Assembly: GCA_003597955.1 (NCBI GenBank)
Contig: QZJU01000006.1
Span: 34,500-98,499, forward strand
DNA length: 64,000 bases
From: Candidatus Parcubacteria bacterium
Lineage (GTDB): Bacteria; Patescibacteriota; Patescibacteriia; PEXW01
Direction: 5' to 3'
Numbering within the stretch: the stretch's first letter is position 1; each line of letters opens with the position of its first letter. Shown piece after piece: positions 49,288 to 58,285 of this stretch. The position numbers and the translations under genes are program-made. Under the pieces are notes generated by a model, which saw only the letters and a program-made list of their open reading frames with translations, did no database searches and had not been told where the DNA came from.

Positions 49288-49400
49288 CGCGTCAATCCTT
49301 GCGTCGGGTTACGTGTGCTCAAAGTCTTGAGCCCACTCCACCCTCTGCAAGGTTGCCGCTCACCCCAAATTTTCCATTCGAAAAATTTGGGGACCCCCTG
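49288..49400 (+). repeat. conserved tRNA 3'-trailer element, copy B, with hairpin CCCCAAATTTTCC-ATTC-GAAAAATTTGGGG (49362-49394)
   Basis: Homologous to 17988-18095. Confidence 0.5.
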
Positions 49401-49417
49401 TAAATAGTTCAAAGTTT

Positions 49418-49494
49418 GGGCGGTTAGCTCAGCTGGTTAGAGCGTTACATTGACATTGTAAAGGTCGGAGGTTCAAATCCTCCACCGCCCACCA
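49418..49494 (+). tRNA. tRNA-Val (GAC), intact
   Basis: GGGCGGTTAGCTCAGCTGGTTAGAGCGTTACATTGACATTGTAAAGGTCGGAGGTTCAAATCCTCCACCGCCCACCA. Confidence 0.9.
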
Positions 49495-49601
49495 TTATTT
49501 ATAGCTCAGCTGGTTAGAGCGTTACATTGACATTGTAAAGGTCGGAGGTTTCCGGCAAAGCCGGACCCGGCTCTGCCGGGCAAATCCTCCACCGCCCACC
49601 A
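49495..49601 (+). pseudogene. 5'-truncated duplicate of tRNA-Val(GAC) carrying the same 30-nt T-loop insertion (49551-49580)
   Basis: Identical to the intact copy from AGCTCAG onward except for the insert between T55 and C56. The 5' acceptor strand is replaced by TTATTTAT. Confidence 0.5.
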
Positions 49602-49636
49602 GCTGTTTGATGTTTTAAAACTCAGTTCACTTTGGT

Positions 49637-49711
49637 GCCGAGTTAGCTCAGTGGTAGAGCGCAGCCCTGAAGAGGCTGGCGTCGTCAGTTCGATTCTGAC
49701 ACTCGGCACCA
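49637..49711 (+). tRNA. tRNA-Phe (GAA)
   Basis: GCCGAGTTAGCTCAGTGGTAGAGCGCAGCCCTGAAGAGGCTGGCGTCGTCAGTTCGATTCTGACACTCGGCACCA. Flanked by an extended inverted repeat CACTTTGGTG…CACCAAAGTG. Confidence 0.9.
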
Positions 49712-49819
49712 AAGTGAACAATGAGTTGACGCTAGCGAAGCGTGAAAGTAGTCGCCTCTCCGGTAGCCCGCCGAGGAGGCAGGAGCGCAGCCTCCGCCTA
49801 CGCTGAAGCTTCGGCGGAC

Positions 49820-49882
49820 AGGCTGAAGAGGCTGGCGTCGTCAGTTCCCCCGGATCTAGTCCGGGGCTGACTCCAGGCACCA
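49820..49882 (+). pseudogene. tRNA-Phe 3'-half fragment with a 20-nt hairpin (CCCCCGGATCTAGTCCGGGG) replacing the T-loop and a chimeric acceptor end
   Basis: …GGCTGAAGAGGCTGGCGTCGTCAGTT[CCCCCGGATCTAGTCCGGGG]CTGACTCCAGGCACCA. The 3' end resembles that of tRNA-Ile. Confidence 0.4.
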
Positions 49883-49953
49883 GGGCGGAGGAAGTTAGCG
49901 AAGTGGGCCCAGTTGAAATCGATGACTGAAAGTTGTTTTTTTGCGCACGGGTC

Positions 49954-50025
49954 GGGGTGTAGTTCAGTTGGCTAGAACGCTCGCTTTGGGAGCGAGAGGT
50001 CCCCGGTTCAAGTCCGGGCACCCCG
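49954..50025 (+). tRNA. tRNA-Pro (UGG); CCA not encoded
   Basis: GGGGTGTAGTTCAGTTGGCTAGAACGCTCGCTTTGGGAGCGAGAGGTCCCCGGTTCAAGTCCGGGCACCCCG. Flanked by the inverted repeat GCGCACGGGTC…GACCCGTGCGC. A further 3'-half tRNA fragment lies at about 50066-50097. Confidence 0.85.
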
Positions 50026-50384
50026 ACCCGTGCGCAAAAGAAATAAAAACCGCGCGCTCTGCCACCCGGCTGGGAGGTCGTGAGTTCAAGTCTCACATCC
50101 CTGAACCTTGGCGAAAATACTCGGTTTGCCGCCATCAAGAAATTAAATAAAGAAGGCGGCATCCGCCCTCTGGCGGGACAAGTTTCTGCGTGCCGGCAGG
50201 TAGGCGGGCGCCCCGACCACTGGGAACTGGGAATTTGAAGTCCAAAATTGATTCGTTATTACACCAATGGTTCGAGTCTCCGGCGAAGCTTGACCCAGCC
50301 TGTCGGGTAAGTCTCGGGACCATGATCAGTAAAAGCCAAGGGGCTTTTTGAAATAATTTAAAAAATTAGGCGTATTAAGTATAT

Positions 50385-50951
50385 ATGAGGCCGGTGGTTT
50401 TAACCGATGAAGAAATCGTGTTACGAGTCCAAGATGGAGATATTCAGGCTTTTGGCGAATTGGTTATTCGCTATGAGGCCAGGCTTGTACGCTACGCCAA
50501 AAAATTGCTTTTTAATTTTAATGATCACGAAGATGTTGTTCAGGAGGTTTTTATTAAAGCCTATAAAAATATCCAAAGCTTTAAGGCAGGAAGCAGATTT
50601 TCCCCTTGGATTTACCGCATTGCTCACAATGAGTTTGTTAATACCTTAAAAAAACGACTCAAAGAACCTTTGCCTTTTATTGATGCCGATGCAATTTTTC
50701 CCCATACGGTAAGTCGCGAAGACCCCGGCCGTAAACAGGAGCTAAAAGAGTTGAGCGTGGCCATAGAAACTTGTTTGCAGAAAATACCGGCAAAATACCG
50801 GGAAGTTATTATTTTGTTTTATTTGCAGGAGCTGGAATACGTCGAGATCGCCGAAATTTTGCGCTTGCCAGTTTCCACCGTCGGCGTCAGACTTAAACGC
50901 GGCCGGGAGAGCTTAAAAGCTATTTGTCAGCATCTAAATCAACATTTATGA
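50385..50951 (+). CDS. ECF-subfamily RNA polymerase sigma factor
   Basis: Region 2 (…DVVQEVFIKAYKNIQSF…FSPWIYRIAHNEFVNTLKK…) and region 4 (…ELEYVEIAEILRLPVSTVGVRLKRGRESLK). Confidence 0.85.
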   Translation: MRPVVLTDEEIVLRVQDGDIQAFGELVIRYEARLVRYAKKLLFNFNDHEDVVQEVFIKAYKNIQSFKAGSRFSPWIYRIAHNEFVNTLKKRLKEPLPFIDADAIFPHTVSREDPGRKQELKELSVAIETCLQKIPAKYREVIILFYLQELEYVEIAEILRLPVSTVGVRLKRGRESLKAICQHLNQHL

Positions 50952-51697
50952 AGTCTAATTTTAAACAATCACTAAAATCAAAAATCTTAGAAACAATTAA
51001 GTCCAGAAAAATCTCAATGCACTCAAAAGTCTATTTTTTGGCGCGAAGCTTACTGTTGACATCCGGAGTCTTACTAGTTGTTTTAATTTTAGTGTTTTTG
51101 TTAAGTTTCATATTGTTTGTGGATCGGGCCAACGGTCTGGACTGGCTGTGGGGTTTTGGTTTTAAGGGTGTGATACTTTATTTATCCCTCCAACCTTGGA
51201 TATTAATTATTATAAGTTTAGTTTTGATTTTAGTTATTGAAGTTGCCATTCGGCACCTTAGTTTTGCGTGGCGCCGACCGTTAATTTATTCAGCGGTTGG
51301 CGTGATAATTTTGCTTGCCAGCTTTGCTGGTTTAGTCGCCCGTACTAATTTGCACGATGTCTTATTCAAAAACGCTGCTGAAAATCGTTTATCTATTATC
51401 GGCGGGCTGTATCGAGGTTTTGGCTTACGCCAATTTAAAAACATTTATACCGGCCAAGTCAGTCAAACCTCAGCAAGCGGTTTTGTTTTAATCAGGCCAG
51501 ACAATACTCAAATCCAAATTAAATATTCCAACCAAACGCATTTTCCCAATGGTCCAATTAAAAACGACGACGAAGTTTTTGTCGCGGGGAGAATTTCCGG
51601 GCAGACCCTGGAAGCCTACGGTGTTAGAAAAATCAGCCCAAACGAGAAAATTCAGTCAGGTCGTGGCCGGATGTATCGGTGGAATCTACGGCCGTGA
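50948..51697 (+). CDS. putative membrane anti-sigma factor
   Basis: ATG overlaps the sigma-factor stop (ATGA). Short cytoplasmic N-terminus, TM helices, then an extracytoplasmic domain. The function is assigned from position only. Confidence 0.45.
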   Translation: MKSNFKQSLKSKILETIKSRKISMHSKVYFLARSLLLTSGVLLVVLILVFLLSFILFVDRANGLDWLWGFGFKGVILYLSLQPWILIIISLVLILVIEVAIRHLSFAWRRPLIYSAVGVIILLASFAGLVARTNLHDVLFKNAAENRLSIIGGLYRGFGLRQFKNIYTGQVSQTSASGFVLIRPDNTQIQIKYSNQTHFPNGPIKNDDEVFVAGRISGQTLEAYGVRKISPNEKIQSGRGRMYRWNLRP

Positions 51698-51780
51698 AAT
51701 AAATTTGCACTAGAATTGTATTAATTAATACAAGGCAAATAAGCCTTGTATTTTTTTAAAAATAAAGGAGGTGAAATTTA

Positions 51781-52205
51781 TGAAGAAGATTTTTATTTAT
51801 TCTCTGCCAGTTTTAGCCGCCGTGGTTTTTCTTGGTGCAAACTCGGTTTCAGCAAAAGGGCCGCAAAATACCCAGCGTGGCATTGGTTATCAAGCCATGC
51901 TGGAGACCAAAGCCAAAACCTTAGGCTTAACTTCCGAGCAATTGCAGCAGGAATTGGTCAGCGGCAAGACTTTGCTGGAAATCGCTCAGTCCAAGGGTAT
52001 CAATTTGGATAAGATCAAAAGTCAAGTTCAGACCCAGCAAAAGATCCGCTTAGACGCTATGGTTAAAGCCGGCATTATTACCCAGTCTCAGGCTGATGAA
52101 AGACTTAGAAGCATCCAGTCTCGACAGGCAGATTGTACCGGTAATGGTAATTTTGCGCAGGGCCGAGGCTTTGGCCGAGGAATGGGCACGGGACTAAATC
52201 GCTAA
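51781..52205 (+). CDS. hypothetical secreted protein
   Basis: ATG at 51781 after SD AAAGGAGGTG. Signal peptide MKKIFIYSLPVLAAVVFLGANSVSA. Confidence 0.55.
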
Positions 52206-52562
52206 GTAATTTTGTGTTTTAAACAAAAACACCACCGAAAATTTAAGGGGGTGTTTTTGTAATTAGAAAGAGGTGGTTTCAAAAAATCAGGAAAAATTAA
52301 AAAAGTCCTTAAAGACGAAAGACTACCCAGAATTTAAACAATAGTCTATACTGTCATTTTTCGCATTTTCTAAAGTTGCGCAGATGTTGTATTTGGAATT
52401 ATTTTCAGAGGAAGTGCAATTGTATTTTTCAATTTTGTGGGGTGGGGTAGAAATTTAAGGAAGAAAAGTCGGAATTAATTCCGCTAAAATGTTAGGGAAT
52501 TTTTTATTCTGAATCTGGAATTTATTCAAAGCCTTAGCGATTTCCGCCATATCCAATTTTCT

Positions 52563-53936
52563 TTATTGGTCTCGGGCCAGGACCCGTCGTTCCGATAGCG
52601 AGACCAAGATTTCTTCAAGCGATTTCGCTTCTTGAGGAACTTCCACATTTGGTTGTTCATTAATATGATTCAAGTTTACGCCAACCGTCATTCGAAATTG
52701 TTTGTCCTTAATTTTTTCCGCGGGCTTTTCCGGCAATAAAACTGCCGCAAGCTCAAATTTTCTTGGGCTAAAGTCGGATTTATTAAACCAAAAATTTAAG
52801 CTTAATTCCTTGATATAGTTATTAACCAGAACTTCCTCCTTGGTTAAGGGGGCGTTTAATTTATTTAAAAATTCCTCAATCTGCTTAATGCTTACATTTC
52901 TACTTCCCGCGTCAGTCCGATATGCTTCTATCATGGCCGGATAATTTTCTCGGTTTAGAGCAACGCTGATTTTTTGGGCAGCTTGACCGTCAATCGCTTC
53001 CACCCCAGAATTTTTCAGGACCAAAGCCTTGGATTTTATTGCAAATTTTGCCAGAATGTTTATTTCCGTCTTAAGCTTTTCCACCTCGGCGGAATTCGGG
53101 AAATTTTTATTGACATTACTAAAGCCTAAATCCGAAGCGCTTTCGCCAAGCGTTTGTTGATCGACATAAAACCACTGATCCTTGAAGGCGGTCAGATCGA
53201 AAAGCGGAATGCTTGGCATTTGACGGATAATAAAATAGAGTTTTTTATCCAAATATCGCAATTCATAATCCAACGAATATTTTTGCCCATCGCCCGTGTA
53301 GGAGCCGGCAATCATCATTATCCCCGAGCCTTCATCCAGCAGATTCTGTGTGTCCGTGATTTTGTGGGTTTTTCCGAAAAAAGTAATGTGGCCGTCGATA
53401 AGCGCATCCGGTGGCAGGCTGTTTAAGGGGTTAGTGGCCAAACTCGAACTTGAATTTTTATTCAAAGACGGGAGGTTTTGGTATGCGGGATTTTTTGCCT
53501 CGGCGGCAAGGCGAAATTCAGCACCGACTTCGGCATTTCGGACATTATCAAGACCCTTAATAATCTGGGTTAGAATTTTTTCCGAATTGTTGCCAAGAAA
53601 GGGAATTGGCAAATACCCTTTCCAGCCGGCAAAGGCCAAGCCACCCAAAACTAATAAGCCGATGATCGCGCTTATCATTATCGCCAAGCTTTTGGCTTTA
53701 AGGTTTTTAAATTTCGGTTGAGGTTTTAGTGTTGAGGCGTTTTGGCTGGCTTGCAGTTCTTGCTTGACTAATTGGCTGGGCGTGAGTTCAGGACCGAGTA
53801 AATTTTTGATTTGATCATTGTTCCACCCACTTTTGGTTAATTCTGATCGAATCTGCTCATTAGAAAAACCGGCTTGCCGAGCTTGCGAAAGCCATTGCTG
53901 GATTTGGGAATTTTCCCCTCCAAGTGAATTCTCCAT
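52563..53936 (-). CDS. hypothetical single-pass membrane protein with a large extracytoplasmic domain and short N-terminal repeats
   Basis: N-terminal QIQQWLSQARQAGFSNEQIRSEL / SGWNNDQIKNLL repeats, TM SLAIMISAIIGLLVLGGLAFAGW, then about 350 aa outside the membrane. Confidence 0.5.
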   Translation of the reverse strand: MENSLGGENSQIQQWLSQARQAGFSNEQIRSELTKSGWNNDQIKNLLGPELTPSQLVKQELQASQNASTLKPQPKFKNLKAKSLAIMISAIIGLLVLGGLAFAGWKGYLPIPFLGNNSEKILTQIIKGLDNVRNAEVGAEFRLAAEAKNPAYQNLPSLNKNSSSSLATNPLNSLPPDALIDGHITFFGKTHKITDTQNLLDEGSGIMMIAGSYTGDGQKYSLDYELRYLDKKLYFIIRQMPSIPLFDLTAFKDQWFYVDQQTLGESASDLGFSNVNKNFPNSAEVEKLKTEINILAKFAIKSKALVLKNSGVEAIDGQAAQKISVALNRENYPAMIEAYRTDAGSRNVSIKQIEEFLNKLNAPLTKEEVLVNNYIKELSLNFWFNKSDFSPRKFELAAVLLPEKPAEKIKDKQFRMTVGVNLNHINEQPNVEVPQEAKSLEEILVSLSERRVLARDQ

Positions 53937-54084
53937 AATTTTTATTTTTATGTTTGTATTTTACCAAAAAATTGTTTATTCGTCAAGTTTTTAAAAATTT
54001 TCTTGACCAACTTAAACTCGGTTGAGGTGTTTTTAGTTTTTTAGAAATAGACACCGGGATTATCGGCGCTATTTCAAAAAGCCT

Positions 54085-54261
54085 TTATGAATTTTTGGTT
54101 TTAGTGGTTAAGGGTTGTTTGCAATGCGGGCAGGTTTGCAAGCCTTTAGCCGCCCAATTCGGATGCAATCTTGGGCAGTCAGGGTGATTTCTTTTTGGAG
54201 AATTTTTTGGGCTTGGGGTTTTTCCCGAACAGCTTTTGAGGGTTTCCAGAGGTTGAGTCAA
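54085..54261 (-). CDS. putative 58-aa Cys-containing small protein (possible zinc ribbon)
   Basis: TTG start 6 nt after a strong SD (AAAGGAGGT). Translation MTQPLETLKSCSGKTPSPKNSPKRNHPDCPRLHPNWAAKGLQTCPHCKQPLTTKTKNS. Lies upstream of, and co-oriented with, the 457-aa membrane protein. It overlaps the track ORF 54115..54300(+), which has no RBS. Confidence 0.35.
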   Translation of the reverse strand: MTQPLETLKSCSGKTPSPKNSPKRNHPDCPRLHPNWAAKGLQTCPHCKQPLTTKTKNS

Positions 54262-54408
54262 TGTGTTACCTCCTTTTTAGGCAAAAACAATCCTTGTTAA
54301 ATTTTTTATACTTCAAAAAATAAAGCAAAAAAATTTGGCTGTCAAGCTCTTGTTTTTTTAATTTTAACTGCTATATTTAGGGCGTTTTTACCATTAAAAT
54401 CTAGCCTT

Positions 54409-54867
54409 ATGACTGAAACCAAGAAATTGTACCGTTCCAAGCAAAACCGGATAATTGGCGGGGTCTGCGCCGGTTTGGGCGAGTATTTCAACATTGACCC
54501 CGTGATTTTTCGCGTGCTGTTCGTGGTTTTGACGATTTTGGAAGGTGCCGGCATTCTGATTTATATCGTTTTATGGATCGTAATTCCCGAGGCCGGCAAG
54601 GTCGAGGCCGAAAACCAAGCTTTAGGCCAGCGCGTCAGTGGCGTGGCTAATGAAATGAAAGACAGCGCCCAAAATTTAGCCAAGGATTTTAAAGAAAACC
54701 CAAACTGGCTAAACAACCGAAGAAATTTTATTGGCCTGGCGATCGTCGTCTTGGGCTTGATTCTGCTGATGAATCAGTTTTTCCCCTTTCACTGGTTTCG
54801 GTGGGATATTTTCTGGCCGATCGTGATAATTTTTTTGGGCTTGCTATTTATTTTTAAAAGACGCTAA
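54409..54867 (+). CDS. PspC-domain protein
   Basis: MTETKKLYRSKQNRIIGGVCAGLGEYFNIDPVIFRVLFVVLTILEGAGILIYIVLWIVIP is the PspC signature. Confidence 0.8.
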   Translation: MTETKKLYRSKQNRIIGGVCAGLGEYFNIDPVIFRVLFVVLTILEGAGILIYIVLWIVIPEAGKVEAENQALGQRVSGVANEMKDSAQNLAKDFKENPNWLNNRRNFIGLAIVVLGLILLMNQFFPFHWFRWDIFWPIVIIFLGLLFIFKRR

Positions 54868-54872
54868 AACCT

Positions 54873-55865
54873 ATGGAGACCACGTCTTCGCAGAATCCAG
54901 ACACAAAAAATGCTAACGGAAATTCGGCCCCAAAACCCGCCGAGCCGGAAAAGACCGTGATTAAGGAGGTGCATCACCACCATTACCGCCACGGGCCGGG
55001 CAGATTTTTTTTCGGCCTGTTTGTGGTGGTTGTTGGTTTGATGTTTCTGGGCCGCGCCGCCGGTTGGTTGCCTCAAGACATTAGCATCGATTGGAGTTGG
55101 GTTTGGCCGCTCCTGATTATCTTTCTCGGCCTTTCCATACTCACCGGCCGCTCGTGGTTTTCTTGGATTACCGGCTCGATAATCACGATTTTAGTTCTGA
55201 TTTTGGTCGCCTGGATGATTTTTGGAAATTTAGGAGCGCGTGAACTGACCACCCAAGAAGTCAGCTATGATAAGGGCGCAAATGTCACCAGCGCCGTGTT
55301 AAACCTCAAGACCGGCGCATCAAAATTAAACATCAAGGGCGATTCCAGTAAATTACTAACTGGAATTTTTTCCAGCTATAATTTGAATTTAACCAAGCAG
55401 GAAACTATTGCTGACGGCGTTCAAAATATTACTTTAGGAACCACCAGCTCTTGGAAATGGTTTACTTCTTCCAAAAATACCATTGAGTTGCAGCTAACCA
55501 ATGACCTTCCGGTGACCTTGAATCTTGATTCGGGAGCTTCCGACATGGATTTGGATTTAACCAATGTCATGGCCAAAATCGTTGATGTGGATACGGGCGC
55601 TTCAACTTTGAATCTGACTTTGGGCGATAAGCTTGAACAAGCCAGTGTTAATATTGATGCCGGGGCCAGTACCCTAAATATTTTTTTGCCCAGAACTCTG
55701 GGCGCAAAACTGAATATTGACGCGGGCGTTAGCTCAAAAAACCTGACTGACTTTAATAAAATCGACGACAAAACCTATGAATCGCAAAATTACAGTTCGG
55801 TCGCCAAAAAAGTGAATTTGGATTTTAACCTAGGCGCCGCGACCTTAAATGTGAATTGGCGTTAA
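54873..55865 (+). CDS. LiaF-like membrane protein with a C-terminal DUF4097/toastrack-type beta-repeat domain
   Basis: His-rich N-terminus, TM helices, then repeated …GAS.LN… units (…LDSGASDMDLDL…, …VDTGASTLNLTL…, …IDAGASTLNIFL…, …IDAGVSSKNL…). Confidence 0.6.
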   Translation: METTSSQNPDTKNANGNSAPKPAEPEKTVIKEVHHHHYRHGPGRFFFGLFVVVVGLMFLGRAAGWLPQDISIDWSWVWPLLIIFLGLSILTGRSWFSWITGSIITILVLILVAWMIFGNLGARELTTQEVSYDKGANVTSAVLNLKTGASKLNIKGDSSKLLTGIFSSYNLNLTKQETIADGVQNITLGTTSSWKWFTSSKNTIELQLTNDLPVTLNLDSGASDMDLDLTNVMAKIVDVDTGASTLNLTLGDKLEQASVNIDAGASTLNIFLPRTLGAKLNIDAGVSSKNLTDFNKIDDKTYESQNYSSVAKKVNLDFNLGAATLNVNWR

Positions 55866-55907
55866 TCCCCCTTGAAAAAAATCGAATAAGGCATCAAGAT
55901 ATAAACG

Positions 55908-56420
55908 ATGCCTTATTTTTATAAAATCAGACCAAAAGCAGCGGATGGCATGAAAATCCCCTGGGTTTTACTGGGAATAATTGTTTTAGTGATTTTGGTC
56001 GCGATGCTTTTAATCTTGCCCGGCGAGAAAGCCAATCAGACTTTGGCGTGTGAAAATTTAAACAGCCAGCAAAAATTTGCCCAGGCGGATTTGATTGTCA
56101 GCGGCAAAGTTTTTTTGGTTTTAGCTGACGGCCAAAAGAACGCTCGGGTTTTGTTTTCACCACGACAGATCTACAAAGGCCAATTGCCGGAGAACGGTAT
56201 TGAAATTTCCGCCCAACAGGCGACGGACTTGGAAAAATCTAAAATCGGCAAAGAGCTGCACTTTGCCGCCAATAATTTGGAGTATTTGCTATATTTAAAA
56301 ACCGACGAAGCGGGCAAATTCAAAACCAGCGTTTGTTTTGGCAGTCGGGTTTTGGTCACGGATTTAAGCCCGGAGGAAGCGCAGGTCTTGGGGCCCGGCC
56401 AGAAAGTTAATACGCTTTAA
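55908..56420 (+). CDS. hypothetical membrane-anchored protein
   Basis: Likely start at MKIPWVLLGIIVLVILVAMLL (55950). No recognisable domain. Confidence 0.45.
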   Translation: MPYFYKIRPKAADGMKIPWVLLGIIVLVILVAMLLILPGEKANQTLACENLNSQQKFAQADLIVSGKVFLVLADGQKNARVLFSPRQIYKGQLPENGIEISAQQATDLEKSKIGKELHFAANNLEYLLYLKTDEAGKFKTSVCFGSRVLVTDLSPEEAQVLGPGQKVNTL

Positions 56421-56497
56421 TCCGGTTGATTTTTTTGGTCAAACCAAAAACAGGATTTGATTTTTTTTAATTTTAGCTTACACTAATTGCACTAGTT

Positions 56498-58252
56498 ATG
56501 AATCTGCTTTGGAAATACTTGAAAAAATACCAAAAAGTGCTTTGGGGCACTTTGGTTTTAGCCACTATCAACCAGGTTTTTTCATTGTTGGATCCGCAGA
56601 TTTTTAGATTAATGGTGGATAAATACGCCAGCCGTTTTAACGAGTTAAGCCAAAGCCAGTTTATCCGGGGTATTGTTTTTTTGCTTTTACTTTCCGTCGG
56701 CACGGCTTTAGTTTCGCGCATTGCCAAGAATTTCCAAGATTATTTTACCAATGTGATTGTCCAGCGCGTTGGCGCCAAGATGTATGAAAAAAGCGTCCAG
56801 CATTCTTTTGCTTTGCCATACGCGGTTTTTGAAGATCAACGCTCTGGCGAATTACTGCAAAAACTACAAAAAGCCCGGACGGACCTGCAGAATTTCATTA
56901 CTGGAGCAATCGGGGTTTTCTTTTTCTCTTTGGTAGGCGTAATTTTCGTACTAGTCTACGCTTTTTTCGTACATTGGGCCGTCGGTCTTGGCTATTTTTT
57001 GATAATTCCGGTATTGGGTTTTGTCACCTTTTCCATCAGCCGCAAAATCAAAGTCGCCCAGCAGGAAATCGTCAAACAGACCGCCAGCCTTTCCGGCTCC
57101 ACCACCGAGACCTTGAGGAATGTGGAATTGGTGAAAAGTATGGGCTTGGAGAACCAGGAAATTTCCAGGTTGAATTTCGCCAATGAACAGATCTTGAATT
57201 TGGAACTGAAAAAAATAATCATCATTCGAAAATTCAGTTTTGTCCAGGGCACACTGATAAACGCTTTTCGGTCAGCTCTGCTGCTCTTGATGTTTTATTT
57301 GATTTTTCAGAAAGCCATAAGCTTGGGGCAATTTTTAAGTTTGTACATTTATTCCTTTTTCATATTCGCGCCTTTGGTGGAGCTGGGTACGGTCACTAAA
57401 AATTATCAAGAGTCAAAAGCCAGTCTGGAGCAATTAGAGGAAATTTTAAAAATCCAGCCCGAAAAAAAACCCGCGCAGCCCAGTGTCATTCCCAAGCTGG
57501 AAAAGTTAGTTTTTCAGCAGATTGGTTTTGCTTATAAAACCGCCAAGCATTCGGCAGTCAATGACATAAGCCTGGAAATCAAAGCCGGGCAAACCGTAGC
57601 CTTTGTCGGGCCCTCGGGTTCGGGCAAAACCACTTTGGTTAAGCTTTTAGCTGGTCTGTATAAGCCCAGCCAGGGCCGAATGCTTTTTAACGAAATTGAT
57701 GCCGAAATCGCGGATTATGAAAATCTTCGCCGGCGGATCGGCCTAGTCTCCCAGGAAACCCAGTTGTTTGCTGGAACCATCAGGGAAAATTTAAGGTTTG
57801 TGGAACCGCAAGTGACTGACGCCGAATGCTTGGCCGCCTTGCGAGCCGCGGCCGCCGACTCGATTCTCAAAAGGAGTTACCAAGGTCTGGACACCAAGAT
57901 CGGCGAAGGCGGCTTGAAATTATCCGGCGGCGAAAGACAAAGACTCGCTATTGCCCGGGCTTTATTGCGCAATCCGGATTTGTTGATTTTTGACGAGGCC
58001 ACCAGCAGTTTGGATTCGATTACAGAGAAAGCCATTACCGAGACCATCAAAAATATTACCAAAGCCAAGCCGCATTTGATGACCATACTGGTAGCGCATC
58101 GGCTTTCCACGGTTGCTCATGCCGACCGAATTTATGTATTAGAAAAAGGCCGGGTTGTTGAACAGGGCTCGCATTCGGAACTCTTAAAAAACCGCGGCCT
58201 CTACGCGGCATTGTGGCGCGAACAGATTGGCGAAGCAGAGCAAATTAGCTAA
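56498..58252 (+). CDS. ABC exporter, fused permease/ATP-binding protein (MsbA-like)
   Basis: Six TM helices followed by the NBD with FVGPSGSGKTTLVKLLAGLY (Walker A), LSGGERQRLAIARALL (signature) and LIFDEATSSLD (Walker B). Confidence 0.9.
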   Translation: MNLLWKYLKKYQKVLWGTLVLATINQVFSLLDPQIFRLMVDKYASRFNELSQSQFIRGIVFLLLLSVGTALVSRIAKNFQDYFTNVIVQRVGAKMYEKSVQHSFALPYAVFEDQRSGELLQKLQKARTDLQNFITGAIGVFFFSLVGVIFVLVYAFFVHWAVGLGYFLIIPVLGFVTFSISRKIKVAQQEIVKQTASLSGSTTETLRNVELVKSMGLENQEISRLNFANEQILNLELKKIIIIRKFSFVQGTLINAFRSALLLLMFYLIFQKAISLGQFLSLYIYSFFIFAPLVELGTVTKNYQESKASLEQLEEILKIQPEKKPAQPSVIPKLEKLVFQQIGFAYKTAKHSAVNDISLEIKAGQTVAFVGPSGSGKTTLVKLLAGLYKPSQGRMLFNEIDAEIADYENLRRRIGLVSQETQLFAGTIRENLRFVEPQVTDAECLAALRAAAADSILKRSYQGLDTKIGEGGLKLSGGERQRLAIARALLRNPDLLIFDEATSSLDSITEKAITETIKNITKAKPHLMTILVAHRLSTVAHADRIYVLEKGRVVEQGSHSELLKNRGLYAALWREQIGEAEQIS

Positions 58253-58285
58253 ACTGGATAGTAGTTATCATTAATTAAGAAACCT

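Noticed and set aside
49200-50323. ORFs 49200..49412(-), 49221..49403(+), 49506..50162(-), 49941..50150(+), 50135..50323(-)
   Set aside because: They overlap the tRNA genes and fragments of the array. The translated sequences are Pro/Arg/Gly-rich artefacts of GC-rich stems.
54115-54300. 61-aa plus-strand ORF MFAMRAGLQAFSRP…
   Set aside because: No ribosome-binding site and W/F/R-rich composition. The opposite strand carries an SD-led small ORF in operon position, and that one was preferred, at low confidence.
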